Below are positions 20,243-32,541 of a stretch of DNA of 64,000 nucleotides, piece after piece (the first letter of the stretch is position 1; every line of letters starts with the position of its first letter). The notes under the pieces are model-generated. The model made no database searches. It was not told where the DNA came from and was given only the letters and a program-made list of their open reading frames with translations. The DNA lies in assembly GCA_013388645.1 (NCBI GenBank), contig JACAEV010000230.1, positions 1,716 to 65,715 of the forward strand. The letters are read 5' to 3'. Both the position numbers and the translations under genes were made by a program. Origin of the DNA: Syntrophaceae bacterium. Lineage in GTDB: Bacteria > Desulfobacterota > BSN033 > UBA1163.

Positions 20243-21853
20243 ATGGCTCGCCTCCTGAGCGAACTTTCAAATGAAATCCGTCGCCAAATTGGAATCTTAG
20301 TAAACCGTCGGGGGTCCATCGAGTTCGTCATGGTGGGAGACCAGAAGGGAATTACGATTCCGGACCTCTCCCGTTATCGCTCTGGAATTCTTCGATTGAG
20401 AGGGTTACGTCTCATCCATACCCATCTCCAAGGAGAGCCTTTGAATGATGAGGATCTCACTGACCTCGCCCTGTTGAGGCTGGATATGATGGTGGCTCTC
20501 CACATCAATGGAGATCACTCCCGGTTGGCGATCCAATCCGCTCACCTTCTTCCTGATAATCCGGATAAAAAGGTCTGGGAAGTGGACTCTCATTCCTCCA
20601 TAAACCAATATGAAATGGATTTCTTGAAATGGATTCAATCTCTGGAGGATGAATTTCAACGGGGCCAAAGGTCCATTCCTCTTAAAGGGGCCCAAGAAAA
20701 GGCCATCCTGATCAGTGTCGGTAAGGAAAGCCGTGAACGTTTGGAATATTCAATGGAAGAATTGAAAGAATTGGCAGAATCAAGTGGAGTCTTTGTCATG
20801 GATTCCATCATTCAAAGGCCCCAAACCCTTTCTCCCATTACCCTGATGGGAAAAGGGAAACTCAAAGAACTATTGGTCCAATGCCTGCAAAAGGGAGTGG
20901 ACCTCATCATTTTTGATCAAAACCTAACACCTGGTCAGAGCGCGACCATTTCTGATTTAACCGAATTGAGAGTTCTGGATCGGACTCAACTCATTTTAGA
21001 TATTTTTGCACAGCGAGCGCATACCATCGATGGGAAAGTTCAAGTTGAACTGGCCCAATTAAAATATCTCCTCCCTCGATTGGCGAGAAAAACGTTATCC
21101 CTTTCTCGCCTGACCGGAGGAATTGGGGGAAGGGGACCCGGGGAGACGAAGTTGGAGATCGATCGTCGTCGAGTTACAGACCGAATCCACCTCTTGGAAA
21201 AAGAATTAGATAAGCTAAAAAAAAGAAGGGAACAAAGAAGGTCTCGAAGAGCCAAGGCAGGGATCCCGATTTTATCGATCATCGGTTATACCAATGCCGG
21301 GAAATCCACCCTCTTTAACCTTCTCACCCAAAGTCATTTTCATGTGGAGAATAAACTTTTTTCTACGCTCGATACCGCCACCCGCCGATTGAGATACCCA
21401 TCTCCTCATCGCGTCATCATCACGGACACGGTCGGGTTCATCAAAGATTTGCCCAAAGACCTGATGGGCGCTTTTCAACCGACGTTTGATGAATTGAAAG
21501 AATCAGACTTATTAATCCACCTGATCGACGTCAGCCACCCCCATTTTTCGGAGCGGATCGAGTCGGTTGAAAAAACCCTTTCTGAATTAACACTGGATGG
21601 GATTCCGAGATTAAGGGTTTTCAATAAGGAGGATAAGTTGACTCGAGAGGAAGGAGAGGCCATCTCCAAGAAATATGAGGGGGTTTCTATTTCTGCCCTC
21701 CACCCCGAAAGTCTGGAGAAATTTTTTCAGGCGATCGATCGAAAATTATGGGAAATTGATCTGAATCCAAACTGGGGAAGCGATCCGGAGAATGGAAGAG
21801 AGGCTGTTCGGTTGACAAATGGAGATTCGTTTGATATATCAAATCAAAATTGA
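20243..21853 (+). CDS. hflX: GTPase HflX (with C-terminal extension)
   Basis: HflX N-domain, Gly-rich RGPGE..LE, and G-domain (GYTNAGKSTLFN, DTVGF, NKED). Confidence 0.85.
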   Translation: MARLLSELSNEIRRQIGILVNRRGSIEFVMVGDQKGITIPDLSRYRSGILRLRGLRLIHTHLQGEPLNDEDLTDLALLRLDMMVALHINGDHSRLAIQSAHLLPDNPDKKVWEVDSHSSINQYEMDFLKWIQSLEDEFQRGQRSIPLKGAQEKAILISVGKESRERLEYSMEELKELAESSGVFVMDSIIQRPQTLSPITLMGKGKLKELLVQCLQKGVDLIIFDQNLTPGQSATISDLTELRVLDRTQLILDIFAQRAHTIDGKVQVELAQLKYLLPRLARKTLSLSRLTGGIGGRGPGETKLEIDRRRVTDRIHLLEKELDKLKKRREQRRSRRAKAGIPILSIIGYTNAGKSTLFNLLTQSHFHVENKLFSTLDTATRRLRYPSPHRVIITDTVGFIKDLPKDLMGAFQPTFDELKESDLLIHLIDVSHPHFSERIESVEKTLSELTLDGIPRLRVFNKEDKLTREEGEAISKKYEGVSISALHPESLEKFFQAIDRKLWEIDLNPNWGSDPENGREAVRLTNGDSFDISNQN

Positions 21854-21866
21854 ATGAGGGAAGTGA

Positions 21867-23345
<1,479 letters not shown>

Positions 23346-23378
23346 CCCTGACCCAGCGCTCATCAACATAGGCGTCTT

Positions 23379-25307
23379 ATGAAAAAGGCCATTTTTTTAT
23401 TGATCGTGTTAGCTTTTTTCCTTCTCTACTATGCAGGCGTGTTCACGAAAAAAGAAACGCTCCCGTTTTCTAAAGAATTTTTTTCAATTGAAAGCCCGGA
23501 TTCGATCGACCGCCGATGGGATTTTCCAAAAAGCGCCTCCCTGGGTCCAAAAGAGTTAGAACAGCTTTACCAGTTAAAACTGGATAAGGGAATTCGGAAC
23601 GTGCCCATTCTTTCCTATTTCCTAATTCGAGAATCCAAACAAGCGCTGAGAGAAGGGGATGCCGATCGGGCTGTCCGGATGACCCTCTATTCTGTAAAAA
23701 TATCGCCGGACCTACCCCAGCCCTATTTTGAATTAGCCCGCGCCCTTTGGAAACAAAACCCATTCCAGCTCCCGCAAATCCTCTCTGAGGTGGTTAAGGG
23801 GGAAATGGCCCAATTTCGACATTTCCCCAGTTCTCTAAAACTTTTTTATAATCTCTTCTATTTCCTCTCCAACGCGATCCTCATGACGTTTATTGTTTTT
23901 GGGATCGTCATCATGGTAAAATATTTTCCCCTTTATTTTTATGATATCCGAAAAAATTTGACCCAGGAGATGTCAAGACTCCTCATCAATAGCCTTAAGA
24001 TATTAGTCTTATTGATTCCCTTTTTCCTCCGGCTGGACATTCTCTGGGCCTTTTTCTACTGGTCTGTTTTATTGTGGGGATACGTGACGAAAAGGGAAAA
24101 ACAATTGATCATTCTTTTTCTCATTGTTTTAGTTTATTTTCCCTTTTTCCTTCGTTCTTCTTCCGCCTTTTTAGACGGTCCGTCTTCCGATATCCTCTTT
24201 GAAATTCATCAGGTCAACCATGAAGACGGAGCAAAGGGAGAGGCGGACAGATTAAAGGCCTGGTTGACCACCCATCCTGATGATGCCGAGGTGCTCTTCA
24301 GCCTCGGGTTGGCAGAGAAGCGGCAAGGTCGTTATCTTGAGGCAGAAGAATATTATCGGCAGGCCGTTCAACGAGATACTCGCTTCAGCGAAGCTTTCTC
24401 GAATCTGGGAAATGTTTATCTCGCACGGAAACAAACGTCCTCAGCGATTGCTTCCTATCAACAAGCCACGGACATCGATCCCCATCGGGGAGCTTATTAT
24501 TTCAACCTTTATAGGGCCTATTCCCAAGAGACCTTTCTCTCCGGGAAGATTGATAAGACCTTTCAGAGAGCCCGACAATTGGATCCCCAATTGATCGATT
24601 ACTATACCAACATTGATTTACCGAATCGGCCTCCTAATTTCAATCGGCTGGTCATTGATGAGGTATTAACGCCCCGACGATTATGGCAACGATTTTTAGA
24701 ACAATTCATCGGAAAAGAGGGTTTTTTGTTTCGTCTGTTTAAGGCTTGGTTTGAAAAAATCCCATCCCGGTTTCCCTTTTTGGCCCCCATCCTCTTCTTA
24801 GGACTTCTCATGGGATTGGCTCGTTATAGTCGGTCGAAACGCTTTCTAACGCGGTGTCCCATGTGTGGAAGTCCGACCTATCGATTTTATTTAGGGACAT
24901 CGGAGCAGGAATTCATCTGTTTCAACTGCCACCGGATTTTTATTCAAAAAGAAAAACTTCACCCTAAAATTGTCGAAAAGAAATCTCTTCAGGTCAAGCA
25001 ATTCCAAAGGGAAAATCACTTGATCAGCCGGTTTCTCTCTTTCTTTTTGGTTGGATTCGGCTATTTATGGAGGGAGCAGGTTTATCGGGGCTTATTTTTT
25101 CTCTTCATCTTTTTTATTCTTATCTTGAGATTATTCTATTGGGAGGGAGCGATGCCTTCTTCCTTTCCATCCTCGCACTCCAGCTCTTGGAGATGGATCT
25201 TCTGGGGAGGCGTCTTTCTGCTTTTCTACATCCTCTCGGTTCGACACCTTTATCATCTGAAACCAAAATTCGAGACCGAAGTGGAACGAACCAGAGGGCT
25301 GAGATGA
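23379..25307 (+). CDS. Polytopic membrane protein with central TPR repeats and a CxxC...CxxC zinc-ribbon
   Basis: N-terminal TM segments, TPR repeats (EAEEYYRQAVQ...GNVYLARKQ), a zinc ribbon (CPMCGS...CFNCH) and C-terminal TMs. No specific family recognised. Confidence 0.5.
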   Translation: MKKAIFLLIVLAFFLLYYAGVFTKKETLPFSKEFFSIESPDSIDRRWDFPKSASLGPKELEQLYQLKLDKGIRNVPILSYFLIRESKQALREGDADRAVRMTLYSVKISPDLPQPYFELARALWKQNPFQLPQILSEVVKGEMAQFRHFPSSLKLFYNLFYFLSNAILMTFIVFGIVIMVKYFPLYFYDIRKNLTQEMSRLLINSLKILVLLIPFFLRLDILWAFFYWSVLLWGYVTKREKQLIILFLIVLVYFPFFLRSSSAFLDGPSSDILFEIHQVNHEDGAKGEADRLKAWLTTHPDDAEVLFSLGLAEKRQGRYLEAEEYYRQAVQRDTRFSEAFSNLGNVYLARKQTSSAIASYQQATDIDPHRGAYYFNLYRAYSQETFLSGKIDKTFQRARQLDPQLIDYYTNIDLPNRPPNFNRLVIDEVLTPRRLWQRFLEQFIGKEGFLFRLFKAWFEKIPSRFPFLAPILFLGLLMGLARYSRSKRFLTRCPMCGSPTYRFYLGTSEQEFICFNCHRIFIQKEKLHPKIVEKKSLQVKQFQRENHLISRFLSFFLVGFGYLWREQVYRGLFFLFIFFILILRLFYWEGAMPSSFPSSHSSSWRWIFWGGVFLLFYILSVRHLYHLKPKFETEVERTRGLR

Positions 25308-25326
25308 ACGGGAGAGGAACACCACC

Positions 25327-26439
25327 ATGGCCCTGCAGGGAACCTTAAAAGACTTCAGCATTACGGAAATTATTCAGCTTATCGGTCAGCAACTCAAAAC
25401 GGGAGTCTTGAAGATTAAGCGTGGGAAAGATCTGGTCGAGATCCATTTCGTCGATGGGATGATTGTCCATGTCTATTCAAATTATCGGGGGAGGAAAGAC
25501 CTCATCGGTGAAATCCTGGTGAAGGCCCAATTGATCTCTGAGGAACAATTGGATAGGGTTTTAAAAATTCAAAAGGAGTCGCTTAAATACTTGGGGGAGA
25601 TCCTGGTCGAACTTCAACTCCTCACCAAAGAGGATGTGCTCAAGGTGATTTCAACACAGATCTACGAGACGATCTATGATCTTTTTTGGTGGGATGACGG
25701 AAATTTTAATTTTGATTTAAAATTGGTAGAAAGTTATAAGAAGATCCCCTTCGCCCTGAGCACCGAGCAGGTGCTGTTGAATATTCTTCGAATGGTCGAT
25801 GAATGGTCTGAGATTGAAAAAAAGATATTCTCCCCTCATTTGGTTTTTAGAAAGTTGGTCGGAGTGGAAGAAAAGTCGATAGAGGGTCTCTCTCCTCATC
25901 GTTATTTGAAAGAAAAACTGACCTCCGAGCAAGAATTGATTTATCATCTGGTGGATGGAACCCGAACCGTTCAGGATATCATTGACCGAAGCCTGCTGGG
26001 GAAATTCAATACGAGTGAAATTCTGGTGGATCTTTCCGAAATGGGCTTAATCGAAATGGCGGGGGTTCGGACTCCCAGCCTCATCAAGAAAGTCAGCATG
26101 GTCCACTTCAAAAAGGCGCTCGTTTTTGCCTATTACGGTGCCTTCTTAATCTTCCTCATCGCGCTTCTCATCTATGTCAAACCCAACTTTTTGCGTCATT
26201 TACTGGATTCCAAGATTGAACGGGTGGACATTGAAATTCCGACGCATCGGGTTCATAAAGCAAAATTGGAACGGATCAAGAATGCACTTGAAATCTATTA
26301 CTTGGAAAAGGGACAATATCCGGCCCGGCTTGAAGATCTGATTTCAGAAAGACTGATCCAGAGGGGAGATCTCATTTATCACAAGGGAGCTCCTTTTCAA
26401 TATGAATTGAAAGAGGGAAAATATATTTTAAAACATTGA
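25327..26439 (+). CDS. DUF4388-domain protein with a TM helix and a C-terminal T2SS pseudopilin G-like domain
   Basis: The N-terminal GTLKDFSITEIIQLI...G.L is DUF4388-like. One TM helix follows. The C-terminal ...ERIKNALEIYYLEKGQYPARLEDL resembles the GspG periplasmic domain motif. Confidence 0.5.
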   Translation: MALQGTLKDFSITEIIQLIGQQLKTGVLKIKRGKDLVEIHFVDGMIVHVYSNYRGRKDLIGEILVKAQLISEEQLDRVLKIQKESLKYLGEILVELQLLTKEDVLKVISTQIYETIYDLFWWDDGNFNFDLKLVESYKKIPFALSTEQVLLNILRMVDEWSEIEKKIFSPHLVFRKLVGVEEKSIEGLSPHRYLKEKLTSEQELIYHLVDGTRTVQDIIDRSLLGKFNTSEILVDLSEMGLIEMAGVRTPSLIKKVSMVHFKKALVFAYYGAFLIFLIALLIYVKPNFLRHLLDSKIERVDIEIPTHRVHKAKLERIKNALEIYYLEKGQYPARLEDLISERLIQRGDLIYHKGAPFQYELKEGKYILKH

Positions 26440-26499
26440 GACACCCGTTAAATCATCGACCTTCTTTTCCAATCCTCCACTGACCTGGAACTCTTAAAT

Positions 26500-28059
26500 A
26501 TGGAGAAACCGATTTCTTTTGACAAGATTCTCATTCTTGATTTTGGCTCTCAATACACCCAATTGATCGCCAGGCGAGTGAGGGAGTGTCAGATTTATAG
26601 TGAAATTCACCCCTATGATATTTCTGTTGAGAAAGTGAGATCGTTATCCCCCAGGGGCATCATTCTATCCGGAGGACCGGCCAGCGTCTATGAGAAGGAT
26701 GCCCCCCGCTGCCATCCTGCTCTCCTCCGGATGGGGATCCCCCTATTAGGCATTTGTTACGGCATGCAATTGATCGCCCAACTATTGGGGGGAGAAGTGG
26801 CCCATTCAGAAAAAAGAGAGTATGGAAAAGCGAAGTTAACGGTGGATCGAAGTGGGACACTTTTTAAAGGCCTGGGAGGGAAGGGGGACCCACTGACGGT
26901 TTGGATGAGCCATGGGGATCACGTCAAGACATTGCCTCCTGGTTTTCACTCCATCGCCCATTCAAAGAATACCCCTTTCGCTGCCATTGAAGAATCGCAT
27001 CAACGAATTTATGGGCTTCAGTTCCATCCGGAGGTCGTTCATACCCAGAGAGGACTCGATCTCATTCGAAATTTTCTATTTCATATATGTCGATGTTCTC
27101 ACCGATGGACTCTCCGATCTTTTTTGGAGCAGGTCAGCCATGATCTGAAGCAAAAGATCCAAGAGGGAAAGGTCATCTGCGCATTGAGCGGTGGGGTCGA
27201 TTCCACTGTTGTGGCCCTTCTTCTCCATCGGGTCGTCGGTGATCGCCTGCGATGTATCTTTGTCAACAATGGGCTTTTGAGAAAGGAGGAAGCTTCGCAG
27301 GTGGTGAATTTGTTCCGTCATCATTTTAAAATACCATTGACCTATGTGGATGCTGAGCATTCCTTCCTCCAGCGGTTGAAGGGAGTCGTCGACCCGGAAG
27401 ATAAAAGAAAGAAAATTGGTAAGGAGTTTATTTCCGTCTTTGAAAAAGAGGCCCAAAAAATAGGAGGAGTGAAATATTTAGCCCAGGGGACGTTGTATCC
27501 GGATGTCATCGAAAGTGTTTCCTCAAAAGGGCCATCTGCCACCATCAAGAGCCATCACAATGTAGGAGGATTACCAGAGAAGATGAAATTAAAATTAGTC
27601 GAACCCCTGAGAGAATTATTTAAAGATGAGGTGAGACAGTTAGGAAAGGTATTAGGATTGCCGGACTCCATTATAAAACGTCAGCCCTTTCCAGGGCCCG
27701 GGCTGGCCATACGGATTATTGGGGAGGTGAATAGGGAGCGGCTGGAAATTTTGAGAAATGCCGATGAGATTGTCATGGAGGAGATGACGCGAGGACATTT
27801 TTTAACCCGAGTTTGGCAATCTTTTGCGGTATTGCTTCCTGTCAAGACGGTTGGGGTCATGGGGGATGAAAGGACTTATGAAAATGTGATTGCCTTGAGG
27901 GTGGTGGAGAGCCAAGATGGCATGACCGCCGATTGGGTCAGGCTCCCTTATAAAATTTTGGAGCATCTCTCCAATCGCATCATCAATGAGGTCAGAGGGG
28001 TCAACCGGGTGGTTTACGATATTAGTTCCAAACCGCCCAGCACCATCGAGTGGGAATAA
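26500..28059 (+). CDS. guaA: GMP synthase (glutamine-hydrolysing)
   Basis: Class I GATase (GICYGMQ, catalytic Cys), PP-loop SGGVDS, and C-terminal dimerisation domain ending ...PSTIEWE. Confidence 0.9.
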   Translation: MEKPISFDKILILDFGSQYTQLIARRVRECQIYSEIHPYDISVEKVRSLSPRGIILSGGPASVYEKDAPRCHPALLRMGIPLLGICYGMQLIAQLLGGEVAHSEKREYGKAKLTVDRSGTLFKGLGGKGDPLTVWMSHGDHVKTLPPGFHSIAHSKNTPFAAIEESHQRIYGLQFHPEVVHTQRGLDLIRNFLFHICRCSHRWTLRSFLEQVSHDLKQKIQEGKVICALSGGVDSTVVALLLHRVVGDRLRCIFVNNGLLRKEEASQVVNLFRHHFKIPLTYVDAEHSFLQRLKGVVDPEDKRKKIGKEFISVFEKEAQKIGGVKYLAQGTLYPDVIESVSSKGPSATIKSHHNVGGLPEKMKLKLVEPLRELFKDEVRQLGKVLGLPDSIIKRQPFPGPGLAIRIIGEVNRERLEILRNADEIVMEEMTRGHFLTRVWQSFAVLLPVKTVGVMGDERTYENVIALRVVESQDGMTADWVRLPYKILEHLSNRIINEVRGVNRVVYDISSKPPSTIEWE

Positions 28060-28087
28060 GGGAGTTTCCCTCCCAGAATCATGGAAG

Positions 28088-31000
28088 ATGCTTATGCAGA
28101 CATCTCATTTCGTTCATCTTCATCTTCATAGCCAGTATAGTTTATTGGATGGGGCCATTCGATTTGATGAGGTGCTTGATCTGGCGAAGAGATATCGAAT
28201 GAATGCTCTGGCCCTGACCGATCACGGGAATATGTTTGGGGCGATCGAATTTTATCAGACGGCCATCAAACATGGCATTAAGCCCATCATCGGCTGTGAG
28301 ATGTATGTTGCCCCTGGAAGCCGTTTTGAGAAAAAAACTGAAGGGGGTGAAGAGGGAAACTACCATCTCACTCTATTGGTGAAGAATGAGACGGGCTATT
28401 TCAACCTTTTGAAATTAGTCAGTCTCGCCCATCTCGAGGGGTTTTATTACAAACCCAGAGTCGATAAAGAATTGCTCCGGCAATATCATGAGGGGTTGAT
28501 TGCTCTGAGCGGTTGTCTGAAAGGAGAAGTGGCGGTCCTTGCAAGGCGAGGAGAAATGAAGAAAGCACTTCAAACCGCGGAGGAATACAAGGCGATATTC
28601 GATGGCCGCCGATTTTACATCGAGATTCAACGAAATGGGGTGGAGAACCAATCCCAGATCAATGAACGGCTGTTAGAGATCGGGCACCAACTTTCCCTCC
28701 CCGCTGTCGCCACCAATGACTGCCATTATCTCCAGCGAAAGGATGCGAAGGCCCATGAAGTGCTCCTCTGCATCCAGACCGGCAAGACCCTTCAGGATCA
28801 GGACCGGATGAAATTTCCATCGGATGAGTTTTATTTTAAGTCACCCCAAGAGATGTTCGATCTTTTTCAGGATACTCCGGAAGCGATTTTCCATACGAAT
28901 GAAATTGCCGAGCAATGCAACCTTGAAATGCGATTCGACGAAAGGCACATTCCGAGGATCACTGTTCCGGTCGGGGAAACGGCCGAGAGCTACCTCGAAA
29001 AACTGGCCCGGGAGGGTTTAGAACAGCGACTTTCCCAATCTCATGAAGAGAAGTGGTCCAAGGAAAAGGAGACCCTTTATAAGGCGAGGCTGGAGGAGGA
29101 GCTCCGTATCATCAAATCCATGGGCTACCCGGGTTACTTTCTCATCGTTTATGATTTTATCCATTACGCCAAGAGTCATCATATTCCGGTTGGTCCCGGC
29201 AGAGGGTCGGCGGCTGGAAGTCTGGTGGCTTATGCCCTGAATATCACAGACTTGGACCCCATCGAATATGGATTGATCTTTGAGCGTTTTTTAAATCCGG
29301 GTCGAAAGAGCAGTATGCCCGATGTGGATGTTGATTTTTGCATGGAGGGAAGAGAAGAGGTCATTCAATATGTATCCGAGAAATATGGTAAAGAGAATGT
29401 GGCTCAGATTATTACCTTCGGGAAGATGCAAGCCAAAGCGGTGATCCGAGATGTGGGCCGGGTCCTCGGAATTCCCTATTCAGAAGTGGACCGAATTGCC
29501 AAACTCATTCCCAACAAATTGGATATCAACCTGGAGCAAGCCTTACACCAGGAACCGGCCCTTCGAGAGGCGATCGAAAAAGACAGCCGAATCGCCCACC
29601 TGTTTGATATTGCCAAGTCTTTGGAAGGGCTGGCCCGCCATGCTTCGACCCACGCAGCAGGAGTCGTGATTGCCAATAAACCCCTCATGGAATATCTTCC
29701 ACTTCAACGGGGTCCGAATGGAGAAATTATCACTCAATATGCCATGAAACAAGTTGAATCCATCGGTTTGGTCAAGTTTGATTTCCTGGGGCTGAAAACC
29801 CTCACTGTGGTCAACCAAGCGATTCAGCTCATCGAGAAGAACCGAGGGGTGAAAGTCGAACTGTTTGAGATCCCATTGGATGATCCAGACGTCTACGCCT
29901 CGCTTGGTGCTGGCTCAAACTTAGGCATCTTTCAACTGGAGAGTTCTGGGATGCGGGACCTCCTCATCAAACTCAAGCCGCAGAGTTTTAAAGACATCAT
30001 CGCCTTAGTCGCCCTCTATCGTCCAGGCCCCCTGGATAGTGGGATGGTGGGTGAATTTATTAAACGAAAACATGGCCAGGAGACCATCCGCTATGATCTT
30101 CCTTCCTTAGAAGAGATTCTCAAGGATACTTACGGGGTCATCGTCTATCAGGAACAGGTGATGCGCATTGCGAGCACACTGGCCAATTTTAGCCTGGAAG
30201 ATGCAGATAATCTTCGAAGAGCCATGTCCAAGAAAGACAGCCTGGAGATGGAGCGGCAAAAAGAGAAGTTTCTTGAGGGAGCTAAGAAAAACAGAATCCC
30301 AGCTAAAAAGGCAGAAAAGATTTTTGAACAGATGGAGACCTTTGGTCGATATGGTTTTAATAAATCCCACAGCGCGGCCTATGCGTTGCTGGCTTACCAA
30401 ACCGCTTATCTCAAGACTCATTATCCTGTTGAATTTATGGCAGCGTTGCTCACGAGCGAGGCGCCAAACGCAGAAAAAATCGTCAAGTATATTTCCGAAT
30501 GCCGAGAAATGAAGATCGAGATCTTACCACCGGATATCAATGAGAGTTTTAAACAGTTTGCGGTATCCGGAAACCAGATTCGATTCGGCCTGACCGCTGT
30601 GAAAAACGTTGGAGATGCGGCCATTGACATCATCCTGTCGGAGCGGGAAAGAAGAGGGAAATTTAAATCCCTGTACGATTTCTGTCACCGTGTGGATTTA
30701 CGAAAGGTGAATCGACGGGTGATTGAAAGCTTGATCAAATGCGGTGCGTTTGACTTTTCGAAGGTTTACCGATCTCAAATGTTGACTGTCCTCGGGGAAC
30801 TCCTCGAACAATCCCAGTCAGCGCAAAGAAAAAAAGGGGAACCCCAACTCAGCATGTTAATTGATCGGTCCAGTGAACTGAAAGAAGAATACCCAGAAAT
30901 CGATGAATTTCCTGAGAATCAGTTGATCACCTTTGAGAAAGAAACGATCGGATTTTATATTTCACGCCATCCCCTCTCACGATATCAAGAGGAGATTAAA

Positions 31001-31546
31001 AAATATACAGATGCTGATACTTCTCTCCTTCCTAAAATGCAAAGCGGGGCGGAGGTCAAGCTCTGCGGTCTGGTCAGCGCACTGAAGGAGATTGTCACCA
31101 AAAAAGGAGACCGGATGGCTTTTTTGACGTTGGAAGATATGAAGGGATTTGTCGAGGTCATCCTTTTCCCTGAGGTCTTTAAAGCCGCTTTGCCTCATTT
31201 GAGATCAGGGAGCCCACTTCTCGTGAGAGGGACGCTGGATATTTCAGAGGAGACCGTCAAGTTAAAAGCCCTGGAAGTCGATTCTCTTCACGATGGGACC
31301 TCCACAACGGCGAAACCTTTCCATCTAAAAATTCCACTCCCCGGTTTAAGTTCCTCCCACCTCACCCATTTAAAAGAAATTATCGAAGCCCATCGAGGGT
31401 CTACTCAAGTCCTCCTTCATTTTATTGAAGGAAACGATCGAGAGACCATCGTGGCTTTACCTGATCGATATAAGATTGATCCCTCGACCAGTTTCAGAGA
31501 CACGGTTCAAAATCTTTTCAAATCGCTCCCTCTCTCTTTTGACTAA
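28088..31546 (+). CDS. dnaE: DNA polymerase III alpha subunit
   Basis: PHP domain (FVHLHLHSQYSLLDG), polymerase core, and OB/tau-binding C-terminus. The track ORF begins at 27986 inside guaA; the conserved MQTSHFVHLH start is at 28088/28094. Confidence 0.9.
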   Translation: MLMQTSHFVHLHLHSQYSLLDGAIRFDEVLDLAKRYRMNALALTDHGNMFGAIEFYQTAIKHGIKPIIGCEMYVAPGSRFEKKTEGGEEGNYHLTLLVKNETGYFNLLKLVSLAHLEGFYYKPRVDKELLRQYHEGLIALSGCLKGEVAVLARRGEMKKALQTAEEYKAIFDGRRFYIEIQRNGVENQSQINERLLEIGHQLSLPAVATNDCHYLQRKDAKAHEVLLCIQTGKTLQDQDRMKFPSDEFYFKSPQEMFDLFQDTPEAIFHTNEIAEQCNLEMRFDERHIPRITVPVGETAESYLEKLAREGLEQRLSQSHEEKWSKEKETLYKARLEEELRIIKSMGYPGYFLIVYDFIHYAKSHHIPVGPGRGSAAGSLVAYALNITDLDPIEYGLIFERFLNPGRKSSMPDVDVDFCMEGREEVIQYVSEKYGKENVAQIITFGKMQAKAVIRDVGRVLGIPYSEVDRIAKLIPNKLDINLEQALHQEPALREAIEKDSRIAHLFDIAKSLEGLARHASTHAAGVVIANKPLMEYLPLQRGPNGEIITQYAMKQVESIGLVKFDFLGLKTLTVVNQAIQLIEKNRGVKVELFEIPLDDPDVYASLGAGSNLGIFQLESSGMRDLLIKLKPQSFKDIIALVALYRPGPLDSGMVGEFIKRKHGQETIRYDLPSLEEILKDTYGVIVYQEQVMRIASTLANFSLEDADNLRRAMSKKDSLEMERQKEKFLEGAKKNRIPAKKAEKIFEQMETFGRYGFNKSHSAAYALLAYQTAYLKTHYPVEFMAALLTSEAPNAEKIVKYISECREMKIEILPPDINESFKQFAVSGNQIRFGLTAVKNVGDAAIDIILSERERRGKFKSLYDFCHRVDLRKVNRRVIESLIKCGAFDFSKVYRSQMLTVLGELLEQSQSAQRKKGEPQLSMLIDRSSELKEEYPEIDEFPENQLITFEKETIGFYISRHPLSRYQEEIKKYTDADTSLLPKMQSGAEVKLCGLVSALKEIVTKKGDRMAFLTLEDMKGFVEVILFPEVFKAALPHLRSGSPLLVRGTLDISEETVKLKALEVDSLHDGTSTTAKPFHLKIPLPGLSSSHLTHLKEIIEAHRGSTQVLLHFIEGNDRETIVALPDRYKIDPSTSFRDTVQNLFKSLPLSFD

Positions 31547-31558
31547 ACGGGAATCGGA

Positions 31559-32530
31559 ATGGTTAAGCATTATTTAGAATTTGAAAAACCGCTGATCGAG
31601 CTCGAAAGGGAGATTGAAAATCTGAAGAGATTTTCATCTGGGAAGGCCTTTCATTTCCAAGACCAATTAAAACATTTGGAGGAGAAACTTCATCGTTTAG
31701 AGAGAGAAATTTTTTCGAACCTCACGGGTTGGCAAATTACTCAGTTAGCCAGACATATTGATCGTCCCAAGGCCTCTCATTATATTCAGTGGATGTTTGA
31801 AAACTTTATAGAACTTCATGGGGATCGGAACTATGGGGATGATCCTGCGATCATTGGAGGGATCGCCAAGTTCAAGGGGAGGGCCGTAACCCTCATCGCT
31901 CATCAGAAGGGAGTGGATGCGAAGGAGATGGCTTATCGTAATTTCGGGATGCCTCACCCTGAGGGATACCGAAAGGCCTTTCGGTTAATGAAAATGGCAG
32001 AGGTGTTCCGAAAACCCGTCTTAACGATGATCGATACACCTGGGGCGTTTCCTGGAGTGGGGGCTGAAGAGAGAGGGCAGGCCGAAGCGATTGCGAGAAA
32101 TCTAAAAATGATGGTGATGCTCCGCGTTCCGATTCTGACGATGGTGATCGGGGAAGGGGGGAGTGGAGGGGCTTTGGCCATCGGGGTGGGAGATCGCATT
32201 TTGATGTTGGAACACTCGATTTACTCGGTGATCTCACCGGAGGGATGCGCTGCGATTCTCTGGAAAGACGGAGAAAAGGGGAAGGAGATGGCGGCCGAAT
32301 CATTGAAATTGACAGCCCCTGATTTGTATCAGCTGGGTGTGATCGATGAGATTGTTAAAGAACCCTTAGGGGGAGCCCATCGAGACCCCAAAGGAATGGT
32401 CAGAACCCTTGAGGAGGTCATGGAACGTCACTTAAGGGAATTGGAAAAGATGGATCTGGAAGAATTGTTAACCCTCCGATATGAGAAGTTTAGAAGAATG
32501 GGGGCGTTTATTGATCAAGGAAAGGGGTAG
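31559..32530 (+). CDS. accA: Acetyl-CoA carboxylase carboxyltransferase alpha subunit
   Basis: Crotonase-fold oxyanion motifs (IDTPGAFPGVGAEERGQ, GEGGSGGALA). 323 aa. Confidence 0.9.
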   Translation: MVKHYLEFEKPLIELEREIENLKRFSSGKAFHFQDQLKHLEEKLHRLEREIFSNLTGWQITQLARHIDRPKASHYIQWMFENFIELHGDRNYGDDPAIIGGIAKFKGRAVTLIAHQKGVDAKEMAYRNFGMPHPEGYRKAFRLMKMAEVFRKPVLTMIDTPGAFPGVGAEERGQAEAIARNLKMMVMLRVPILTMVIGEGGSGGALAIGVGDRILMLEHSIYSVISPEGCAAILWKDGEKGKEMAAESLKLTAPDLYQLGVIDEIVKEPLGGAHRDPKGMVRTLEEVMERHLRELEKMDLEELLTLRYEKFRRMGAFIDQGKG

Positions 32531-32541
32531 AAATTCAGAAG

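Noticed and set aside
27986-28087. N-terminal 34-aa extension of the dnaE ORF
   Set aside because: It overlaps the 3' end of guaA in another frame. The conserved PHP-domain start MQTSHFVHLHLH begins at 28088/28094.
31893-32303. 136-aa Pro/Ser-rich minus-strand ORF
   Set aside because: It lies antisense inside accA. The Pro/Ser richness is the usual artefact of reading a GC-rich codon frame backwards.
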